From the human T2T-CHM13v2.0 reference genome, Homo sapiens, in NCBI RefSeq assembly GCF_009914755.1, contig NC_060925.1: a DNA stretch of 64,000 nucleotides; one strand, given 5' to 3'. The position numbers and the translations under genes are program-made. Shown here in pieces: positions 49,311 to 64,000 of the stretch (within the stretch, counting starts at the first letter, position 1; every line of letters begins with the position of its first letter). The notes beneath the pieces were generated by a model that saw nothing but the letters and a program-made list of their open reading frames with translations, was not told the DNA's origin and did not search any database.

Positions 49311-50189
49311 TCTAATTTTTTACCTCAAAGAGTGTCTCAGGCTCAAACGAATAGATTTCTTCTTGGTAATGGATAGTTGGACACCTAAAATACATACTCA
49401 GGCTTATTCTTTTTTCTTCAGGCTTATCTATATGAAAGAAAAACTTTGTGTTGAGTGCATGAGGCTTCACGGCTCGGCATTTGAAAAACAACTCTTCTGG
49501 GGCCACAACTAACTTTTTTCTTTCTTCCTGCTTTCTGTTCCTTCAGTAGCTACATAAGAAAACAGTTTTGGGGCAACAGCTCCCACTTCTCTAATATCTT
49601 TAAAGACACACAACACACTCTGGTTTTTTCCTATGTTGAAGGTTATTGAAGGGAATTAGACCAGCAGACCAAGACGTGGGAGGAAGTAATAAACTCTGAG
49701 AAGAACGGACTCAAGAAATAGTTTCTGACCCCATAAGAATCAGTACTTAGAGGCCCACGTCGGCTTTTATTTCTCAAAGAGGGGCACAACAACCTCCCGG
49801 CCCTGACCTATAACTCAACCTTCACTGGAAGCCTCCCTAAGGGCCCCATTTCTCGGCCTAACGCTAGATGTGAGCTCAAGATGCCATCCATCGCAGGCGA
49901 ACAACAGGAACGCCCTTACTGAAAGTGAGTCACCTGCCTCTTTCAAGGTCTCCGTGTGAGGGGTGGGGGGCATCAAGCCCCTCAGAGCCCCGCTTCACAA
50001 TCGCCTTCCTGTAGAAAAGAAACTCAATTGGCCATTCAGTAAATTCCCTTCCCCTAAAAGTCAAAGAACTAAACGGGACGAATTAAACCTAAAACAAAAA
50101 GCTCTTCAAAGTTGTCTTTATCCGAATAGTCCGGGATGGAAACGGACAACTGGTTGAAAAGCCTGTTCCAAAGAAGAAATGAGAACTTT

Positions 50190-50770
50190 TGCGCACTCGC
50201 CACAAAATATCTACGGGCGCTCATCCCTCCTCTGAGAACCGCACGCTTTCCGAAATTCTCCTTCCCACCAAGAATTCCCACTCCCATCATTGAGGACTAA
50301 CGAGGCAATGTGGTCTCCGACTGAGAGCGGTGGACTAGCCAGTGAATGTCAACGCGTCCCTAAGGCGATATCCGCAGCCGCCCCAGCCGCGTAGCCCACC
50401 TGGCACCGCCCCCGCCGCAACGCCTCGTCACGTGGTGTGGCCTCCGCCCCGCCGTCCCGCCCACTACCACTGCGGCCGCACCCACCTTCTGTCGCCTCCC
50501 TGCTACCGGAGGAGCACTGGAATAGGAACCAAGTCCTCTGCATCTAGACAGGGATTATTTTCTCTTCTGGAATTCCGCCTGATCCATCCCAACGCAACGA
50601 CCGGCCAACCACGCCTGCGCAGCCTTGGTCTCCGCCCTCTTTTCCCGTCAGGCTCCGGACCTGAGCTGAGTAGAACTTCCCAGCATTCCTCTTTCCTCAA
50701 TTATGGTTCACTTCTTAAAGAGACCGAGGCTCAATAGTGAAAAGGTGGAGATGGCGTTAGAAGGCGCTGT
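50190..50770 (-). promoter_or_regulatory. ZMYM6 CpG-island promoter with GC boxes and E-box GTCACGTGG (50427-50435)
   Basis: CpG-dense region about 1 kb upstream of the first coding exon. Confidence 0.8.
50486..50650 (-). other. ZMYM6: Probable non-coding exon 1 of ZMYM6 (TSS approximate)
   Basis: Donor AAG|GTGGGT at 50486 within the CpG island; 5' end cannot be determined from sequence. Confidence 0.65.
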
Positions 50771-50786
50771 AAGTGCTCTATAGCAT

Positions 50787-50823
<37 letters not shown>

Positions 50824-51355
50824 GAGACAGAGTATCACTGTGTTGCCCAGGCTGGGGTGCAGTGGCACAATCTCGGCTAACTGCAACCTCCGCCTCCTGG
50901 GTTGAAGCGATTCTCCTGCCTCAGCCTCCCGAGTAGCTGGGCTTACAGGCACGTGCCACCACACCTAGCTAATCTGTAGCATCCTTTAGTGCCCATTTCC
51001 TGAAAGGTGGCCTACTGAGAGAGCATGATATTAAATAATACTTGGCTTGCTGAGCACTTCACATGCACCATCCCACTTAATCCTCACCATTTAACCCTAA
51101 GAGGTATAATTTTTTAATCTCTTGAGATATAAATGAAAAAACTTGCTCAAAATTGAGATTTGGTTTTTTTAATTCAACATTGTTTCACAGATACGTGTAT
51201 GATTTGTGACTGTTCATTCATTTTGACTGCTGTATAGTATTCTATTTTATGAATATGATACAATTTTAATCATCTACTACTGATGGACATTTGAGTTGTT
51301 TCCAATTTGTGGCTATTAGGAATAATGCTTCTGTGAACATTCTTGTCATTGGTGA

Positions 51356-51912
51356 TGTTAAAAGACAAAATTACAACAAATTTAATTTAAATATCTCAAT
51401 TAGCTTTATTTGTGATTCTAGAATCTGGCAGCACTTCATTCCATAAAATAGAACAAGTGTTCCAATGAGCTGAGCAGAAGAGGTAGGTTTTATAGACAGA
51501 GAAGGGCTGGAGAAAGCAGAAGTAAAGAACAAAAAACAGATTGGTTCATTTCAAAGTAACTTTCCAAAAAATAAATAAATAAGTTAATTTCCTTGTAAAG
51601 CAGAACCAAGAAACAAAACAATAGAGAAATAACTGATTGGTTAACATCAGGTAACTTCAGTTTATCTTTTTTTGGTAACGATTAAAGCAGAAGAAATTTC
51701 ATTATTATGCTAATTGAAACTGGCACTCAGGGGAAATTAGACTCTTATTATCTCTTTTTCCTGACTTTTCAGAACTTCAAATAACAACGTAGTTTCCATT
51801 TGATGACATGGAACCTCAGTGTGAGTGACTCCATTTTGATTTTTAGTCTGGTTCATTGAGACCTACTGCAGGAGCTTAGCCCGAAACAATGGCCTACAAG
51901 TTTTATTTAACA
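51356..51912 (-). mobile_element. ERV1 solo LTR (MER67-like)
   Basis: TGTTAAA...TTTAACA inverted termini, 4-bp TSD GTGA (51352-55 and 51913-16); CCAAT, TATA and AATAAA on the minus strand. Confidence 0.8.
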
Positions 51913-52306
51913 GTGATACATATGCACACATTTCTGTTGGGTTCATACCTAAAAGTGAAATTGCTTGTTATGTATATGTAAAATTTAGGTAGATAATCTC
52001 AGGCAATTTTAGAAAATGGTGGTTTCAGTTTATACTCCCTTCAGCCATGTATGAGAGTTTCAGTTTCCCAACATCCTTGCCAATAATTACTGCTGCATAT
52101 CTTTTTAATTATAACCATTCTGATGGGGGCATAGTGGTATCTCACTGTGGTTTTAATTTGCATTTCCCAGATTATTAATGAGGATGAGCCCATTTTCTTG
52201 TTCCTTGGGTATCTGGATATCCCCCATAAGTGCCTGTTCAAGTCTCTTGCTCATTTTTGTATTGGATTGACATTTTCTTATGGGCATATATTTTAGATAT
52301 GAATCC

Positions 52307-52710
52307 TGCTATGGTTTGAATGTATGTGTCCCTTCAAAATTCATATATTGGAACTTAAACATTAAGGCGATGGTATAAGAAGTGGAGCCTTTGGGAGGGG
52401 TTAGGCTATGAGGACTCCATCCTCATGAATGGGATTCATGCCCTTACAAAAGAGGGCATTCATGCCCTTCACAAAGATTCATTCCTTTTGCCCTTTTAAC
52501 CCCTCACTGTATGATAACAATGTTCCTCCCAGCAAGAGGACAACAACAAAGTTTCATCTTGGAATTAGAGAGTAATTCCAAGACAACAAATCTGCCAGTG
52601 CCTTGATCTTGGACTTGCCAACCTCCAGAACTGTGAGAAATAAATTTCTACTATTTATAAATTACACAGTCTGTGGCATTTTCTTTTGGCAATCAGGAAT
52701 ACACTAAGAT
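52307..52710 (+). mobile_element. MST-type MaLR LTR
   Basis: tgctatggtttgaatgt...gccttgatcttggacttgccaacctccagaactgtgagaaataaatttct...actaagata. Confidence 0.8.
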
Positions 52711-52728
52711 AAGTCTTTTTTGAATATA

Positions 52729-53048
52729 CACTAGCCCCCCTCATCCACGGTTTTGCTTTCTGAAGTCGTAGTTACCCACACTCAACCACGGTCTGAAAAT
52801 ATTAAATGGAAAATTCCAGTAACAAATAATTCATAAGTTTTAAACAACTTTCATTAAAGTCTATTGTTATAATTGTTCTATTGTTAGTTGTTAGTCTCTT
52901 TCTGTGCCTGATTTATAAATTAAACTTTATCATAGGTATGTATGTATAGGAAAAAACATAGCATATATAGGGTTTGATACTACTGGAGGTTTCAGGCATC
53001 TGTGGAACATCTTCGAACATATCCTCATGGATAAGGGAGGGACTACTG
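52729..53048 (+). mobile_element. MER44A-like Tigger MITE
   Basis: cactagccccctcatccacgg...ggataagggagggactactg followed by TA. Confidence 0.82.
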
Positions 53049-53101
53049 TATATATTGCAAATATCTTCTCCCACTCGGTAGCTTGCCTTTTCACTCTGTT
53101 A

Positions 53102-53431
<330 letters not shown>

Positions 53432-54177
53432 TTAGCCGGGTATGGTGGTGTGCACTTATAGTCCCAGCTGCTCGGGAGGCTGAAGCAGGAGAATCACGTG
53501 AACCAGGAAGCGAAGGTTGCAATGAGCTGAGGTCATGCCACTGCACTCCAGCCTGGGTGACAGAGCAAGACTCCATCCAAAAAACAAACAAACAACAACA
53601 ACAAAAAAACCCTTTGTGCTTAGTGCTTATTGTATTCTCTTAAGAAATATTTTCCTACCAAATGAAGAAAATTTCTAGAAGTGTTATTAGTCTTTCACAT
53701 TTAGTTTTATAATCCATCTGTGGTTGGGTTATGTGTATAGTGTAAGGTAAGTCAGATTTCAACCTTTCCATGTGAATTTTGCATGGATTAAGCACTATTT
53801 TTTAAAAAGACTGTCCTTTTCCCCACTGTTCTGCATTGACACCTTTGTCATGTATCAGTTGTCTATATATGTGTGGGTTTATTTCAGGACTATGAAGGCT
53901 GTTCCTTTTGTTTCTCCTTGTGGAAATACCATACTGTCTTAATTTCTGTAATAGCTTTATAATAAATCTTAGTATATGATAGAAAAAGTCCTCCCTCCTA
54001 TTATGTCCTTCAAGATTATCTTGGCTTTCCTTGGTCCTTTGCATCTTCATGTAAATTTTTGAATCAGCTTGTCAGTTGTGACAAAACTTTCCTTACAAAT
54101 TTTAGAATCCATTGGGATTTTGTTTAGTATTATACTGAAGTGGTATGCCTGTTTTGGAGAATTGGTATTTGTTATTC

Positions 54178-54625
54178 ATTATGTTGAATTGTGTCACCTA
54201 AAAAGATATGTTGAAGTCCTAACCCTTAGAATGGGACCTTATTTAGTCATATAGGATTGTTGCAGATGTAATTAGTTAAGATGAGGCCACACTGAAGGAA
54301 GGTGGGCGCTTCATCCATTATGACTGGTGTCCTTAAGAGAGGAGAAGATATGAAGACATACACATTGGAGGAGAACCCCATGCGATGATGGAAACAGAGA
54401 TTGAAGTACTGCAGTTGCAAGCCAAGGAATGCTAAGGATTGTTGATAACACCAAAAGCTAAGAGAGGCAAGGAAAGATTCTCCCATATAGGTTTCAGAGA
54501 AAGCATGACCCTACCGATCTTTAATTTTAGACTTCTAGCCCCAAGAATGGTGATATAAATTCTGTTTGTTTTTTTTAAACCTAGTTTGTGGTACTTTATT
54601 AAAGCAGCCTTAGGAAACTAATAAC
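54178..54625 (+). mobile_element. MLT1B/C-like MaLR LTR
   Basis: gttgaattgtgtcacc...gcagatgtaattagttaagatgagg...tttgtggtactttattaaagcagcc. Confidence 0.78.
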
Positions 54626-55244
54626 AGCATTCTGTGGGGTTGAATCTTTCAATCCATAAAAATGATATATTCCTCCATTTATTTTGGTGTCTGTAATTTA
54701 TCTTGATGCTTTATAGTTTTTAAGTGTAGATATTGCACACCTCTTTGTTAGATTTATTCTAGGCATTTAATATTTCATGTCATTTTAAATGTAAATTTTT
54801 ATTTTCTAATTGTTTTCAGTGTAAATATAGAAATACAATTATTTTTGTATGTTGGTCTTGAAGCTAGCACCCTTGCTGAATTATTAATTAAACTAATTAA
54901 TTCTAATAGTCTAGCCATTTTTCTTACTTTCTGTTTCCAGCTATGTAGAGAATAATGACCATTTTATTTCTTTCCAATTATATAACTTATTTCTTTTTCT
55001 TGCCTATTGCAGTGGCTAAAACCTGTAGTAATATGTTGAATGGAAATGGTGATATTGGGCATCTATATCTTCCTGTTATGTTGCTTTCAACATAAAATTA
55101 TTGAATATTATATTTACTTTAAGATGTTTGTAGTTACCTGTGGAAGGTTAAATATGGCCATAAAGTTGTTACAACTTTTCCCATCAAGAGGAGTCTTTAG
55201 TGTGCAGATGGCAGATTTAAAAACAAAGAGAGAGAGAGGGAGTC

Positions 55245-55666
55245 TGTGATAGTTAATTTCATGTGTCAACTTGAATCTGTAGGCTCAGTAAAATAGAATG
55301 TCCTCCCAATATAGAAAAGCATTATCCAATCCACTGAAGGCCAGGCCAGAATAGAACAAAAGGTGGAGGAAGGAGGAATTTGCCCTCTCTCTCGCTCTTT
55401 TTTTTTTTTTCCTGCCTCACTGTCTGAGCTGAAACATCCCCTCTTATCTTCTCCTGCCCTCGTACTAGGATTTATACCATCAGCTCCCCTGCTTCTCAGA
55501 CCTTTAGACTCAAATTGAATTACACCACTGGTTTCCCTGGGTCTCCAGCTTGCAGACAGCAGATTGTGGGACTTCTTCGCCTCCATATCATGTGAGCCAA
55601 TTCTTCATAATAATAAATCTTCGTATCCTATTAGTTCTGTTTCTCTGGAAAACCCTGACTAATACA
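55245..55666 (+). mobile_element. MLT2 (ERVL) solo LTR
   Basis: tgtgatagttaatttcatgtgtcaacttga...ctggaaaaccctgactaataca; TSD gagtc/tagtc. Confidence 0.85.
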
Positions 55667-58119
55667 TAGTCTTTTTTCCTACCTGTTGTTTCTTGACTGG
55701 GCTTGTGAATTATTTTGACTGACAAAATGTTATAGAAGTGATACCATATGAGTTCCTAAGCATAGGCCTCTATTGTCCTTGGGGCTTCTGCTTACGCTGT
55801 CATAGAACACTCCTACCACCATGTCAAAGTTAAATGGGATAACTGCTGACTGATGAGAAGTCACATATGGAGAGTGACCCCATGGCCAGCACCAAGGCCC
55901 CATACATATGAGTGAAGCCATCTTATATCCTCCAGATTACTAGATGATTACAGCATCTGTTGTTATATAACAAAACACCCCTTTGTAGATAACTGTTAGA
56001 GAACTGATATCTAGAAATGGGATACTGCCATAACTAAAACATAAAACATGTGGCATTGATGTTGGGACCAGGCAGCAGGCAGAGCCTGGAAAGACAGCAA
56101 GGAGGCTTTGAGTGGAGGTTAGAAGAGCAGTGAGGAAACTTATTAAAGCCTGGAGAGAGAACAACCAGTGTGATGCGTTGGCAGAATGTTTGGCAGCACT
56201 GTCATCTGTGATAACTTAGAAGCTAGGAGACATACTTAATGACCTTCTGGATCTGCCTTAGGAGATTCCCATGCAGAATGTTAAAAGCGTTTGCTGATTT
56301 CTTTTAACCACGTAGGATGTTGTATTGCAAAAGAGAAATAAGCCAAAGAAGAAATTATTCAATTTTCAAGCAGAAATGAGACAAAATGTAAAGGACTTAG
56401 TGAGTAAAGGACTAAGGACTTAGCAAAAGATCACCAAAATAAGAAATGGCTTCAGAGCAAAGATCAAATTTAGGAAATTGCAAGTTAAATGAGGCCTCAG
56501 ATCAAATCAAGAGTGCAGCTGTAAGACTTCGTAAGGAATTAGGCAGTGCCTTGTAGACCATCTCACCTAGACAGAAGGACTTCGGAGAAACATAAGGGCA
56601 TTGCACTACAGCAATCAGACACATCCAAAGTAGAGAGACTTCTGTCTCAGAAAGAAGTATGGATGTGGTTTGGGGGGTATGGTGTGAATCCAAGTAATAT
56701 TCATAAAATACCCGCAAAGTTTTAAAGAGAAGTATATTGGCAAAAGTGAAACTATAGATTGTAAGGGGCAAAGACAGTTTGAAACAAAAAGGATCCCTGG
56801 GCCCTCAACTTTCTGTGGGTGGAAAGAAACTGAAAAAGCTACTCAACTACAAATATGGACTGTTTCTTATGGAAAATGCTTTCTCAGGGTGTAAAGCCAA
56901 CATCTCAGAGGGCAAAAGGCAGAATTAAAAGCTTCTGAAAATAAAATGGATCATGAAACCATTCCTGCCAGGGGCAGTGGCTCACACCAGTAATCCTAGC
57001 AGTTTGGGAGGCCAAGGTGGGCAGATCACATGAGTCCAGGAGTTCGAGACCAGCCTGGGAAACATGGTGAGACCCTGTCTCTACAAAAAAAATACAAAAA
57101 TTAGCTGGGCGTGGTGGCACGTGCCTACAGTCCCAGCTGCTCAGGAGACTGAGGTGGGAGGATCACCTGAGCCCAGTGGCCAAGATCATGCCACTGCACT
57201 CCAGCCTGGGCAACAAAGTGAGACTCAGTCTCAAAAAAAAAGCCATTCAATAAAACAAATCAAAGAACAATTCCTATCCTCAGAGTAGGAGAACAGGTGC
57301 CCAGGTAAATTTCAGAATTATTATGAATCAATAACTATTAATGTACCTTCTATTCTTCCCTTTTTTGAATAGGAGTATTCGGTGGAGTCATTATGTCTCT
57401 ATATTATCAAGTGTGTTGGTGTGTGGGTGTGGGGAGTGAGGAATAAGGGGAGCAGGTAAGTCATCTATTTAGTTCACAGGTCTCTGGGTTGAAGAAGTTG
57501 TACCTGTACACCCAATAAACTATACCACAGGAACTTCTTCTTCATGGGCCTTATTTAGATAGTGAAATGCTGGACTTTGATCCAAGGCCATAATGGTTTG
57601 AGACTTTTGGTGGAGTGGATGAGTGTGTTTTGATTGGGAAAGGATGTGGATTGCTATGGCCAGAAGGTGAACTATGAAAGATTGTTTCTGGGCTGGGTGT
57701 GGTGGCTTAACACCTATAATCCCAGCAATTTGGGAGGCCGAGGCAGGAGGATCACTTGAGCTCAGGAGTTTCAGACCAGCTTGGGCAACATAGTAAGATC
57801 CCCATCTCTACAAAAAATACAAAATTTAACCGGGCATGGTGGCGTGTGCCCGTGGTCCCAGCTACTCAGCAAATGGAGGCAGGAGGATCCTTTGAGCCCA
57901 GGAGGTTGAGGCTGCAGTGAGTCAAGGCTACAGTGAGCTATGATTGTGCCATTGCACTCCAGCCTGGGTGACAGAGTGAGACACTGAAAGAGAGAAGAAA
58001 GAAAAGAAAGAAGGAAAGAGACAGAAAAAAAGAAAGAAATAAAAGATTATTTCCAAAGATGCTGTCAATAATCCCATCTTTGATGTGCATGATGCTTCTC
58101 CCATCAAGAGGTGGAATTA

Positions 58120-62006
<3,887 letters not shown>

Positions 62007-64000
62007 TTAGCCGGGCCTGGTAGTACATGCCTGTGGTCCCAGCTACTCAGGAGGCTGGGAGGCTGAGGTGGGAGGATTGCTTGAGCCCCAGGAGGTGGAG
62101 TTTGCAGTGAACCGAGATCACACTGCTACACTCCATCCTAGGCAACAGAGTGAGACCCTGTCTCAAAAAAAAAAAAGAGAAAAGAAAGTGGAATTAGTTT
62201 CCCACCACTTGAATCTGGGCTGGACTGTGACTTACCTTGACCAATCAATTGCAAGGGAAGTGACCCTGTGACAGTTACAAGTGTAGGTTTTAAGAGGATT
62301 GGCAACTTCTGCCACCACATAAATAGGTCTGGCCAACCTGCTGGAGAGACCGCATGGAGAGAGAGGGAAAAAAAAGTCCCAGAACCTCCCTGCCAATGTC
62401 CCAGGCTCATGAGTGAAGCCATTCTGGATGTTCCAGCCAAGATCCTAGAAGAATGTAGCCACAGAAATAACCCCAGTCAACATGAAGTGGAACAGAACTC
62501 CCAGGTTGAGCCCAGCCAATCACCGAATCGTGAGAAATAACAAATTATCATCTTAAGTCACAAAGTTTTGGGGTACTTTGCTATATAACAACAGACAACT
62601 GACACACTAAAATAGTTTGCAGCTTTTAGTCTGATGTTATTAACAATTTCCTCTCAGTATGCGTGTTCAGTTTCAAGAATGTTTTCTTTGTCCTTCTATG
62701 AAAAATTCCCAGTTGCAATGTTATGTTGTATTTAGATTTCACTGTATAGATTACAGATTTATTATTACTCTTTCTTTTTATTTTCTCCTACCTTGAAAAC
62801 TAGTTAGAGTACTCTTTCAATTACTTTTCTCAGATAAAGTTATGGATGATATACTGCCTGAATCCCTGATTATTAGTTAATGACTAAATTTCTATAACAA
62901 AGAAACCCCAAAATGCAATAGCTCAAGCAAAATTGAAGTTTATTTTTCTCTCATGTTGCATTTCAGAGCATTGTTTTAGGACATTCGCAGTTATGCTGCT
63001 ACACAATCATTTATGGACATAGTATTCCCCCATCTTGTTTCTTTATCATTGAAACTGAGTCACAGGCACATCTTCCTGAGAGTGTGAAGAGGGCACACAC
63101 TGGTCTTAAGTCACTGGGCTCAGAAATGGCACATAACACTTCTGATCACATTCTATTAGAGACAGCTTAGTCCATGTAGCCACGTCTAACTACAGTGGGG
63201 GCTGGGAAATAGAATGTCATGTTTGAGGCTACAATTATAATCCCACAGGAAAGGAGAAGATTGAATTTTACTGGAAGGCTAGCAATCTCCCTAACATCTT
63301 GTACAGTATTCACAAAACTGTCATCAATTTGCCCAAGAATGATAGCTATGCATAAGATTCTTGGATTTTAGTTTCTATCACAGTACTGTAGAACAGAAAT
63401 GCAAAGCTAGTCTAATTCTCTTTCCTTTATAAGTAAAATGTTCTTTTTAATGCCTGGAATCATATAAGCCTTTTTTCTTTATCCTTGTTTCAGTTAGGAT
63501 TTTCCCCAGTTACTACTCACCCACCCTGCACTATGCTCAGTAACTGGAGAGCTGCCTATCACTTTCCAGCAACTCTTTTTTTTTTTTTTTTTTTGAGATG
63601 TAGTCTCGCTCTGTGGCCCAGGCTGAAGTGCAGTGGCACGATCTTGGCTTACTGCAACCTCCACCTCCCGGGTTGAAGCGATTCTCCTCCCTCAGCCTCC
63701 CAAGTAGCGGGACTACAGGCACATGCCACCACGCTCAGCTAAGTTTTGTATTTTTAGCAGAGACGGGGTTTCACCATATTGGTCAGGCTGGTCTTGAACT
63801 CCTGACCTCAAATGATCCGCCTGCCTTGGCTTCCCTAAGTGTTGGGATTACAGGCGTGAGCCATGGCACTTGGCCTCCAGCAACATTTTAAAAACATTTC
63901 ATAACCCAATATATTATTTTTTCAGCAAAACTTAGTGATTTTTTCTCCTAAATAGAGTAAATAAAACTAAACATAGCCTCACATCAGTTCTGGTCAGGCT

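Overview
Primate (human-type) genomic DNA, very Alu-rich, with two genes on the minus strand in tandem. ZMYM6 (ZBED7/Buster2) has a CpG-island promoter near 50.2-50.7 kb and 15 coding exons. I reconstructed these from GT-AG sites and phases: 3978 nt, 1325 aa. The protein has 8 intact and 2 half MYM zinc fingers, fused to a 1.8-kb last exon that is a domesticated hAT/Buster transposase. TMEM35B (3 exons, 154 aa) starts only about 1.8 kb downstream. The rest is repeats: roughly 55-60 Alus, L1/L2/MIR fragments, hAT and Tigger MITEs, an internally deleted Tigger fossil, LTRs and an AT-rich VNTR. I found no wholly new gene system. Best leads: (1) the third catalytic residue of the transposase is Asp rather than Glu; (2) read-through splicing into TMEM35B could delete the transposase exon, and the first canonical poly(A) signals after ZMYM6 lie inside a hAT MITE; (3) a two-uORF leader; (4) a candidate in-frame 54-nt cassette exon; (5) a Tigger fossil lacking its DDE core, with a local 142-bp duplication. 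Repeat subfamily names are from recognition by eye, and repeat boundaries are approximate.
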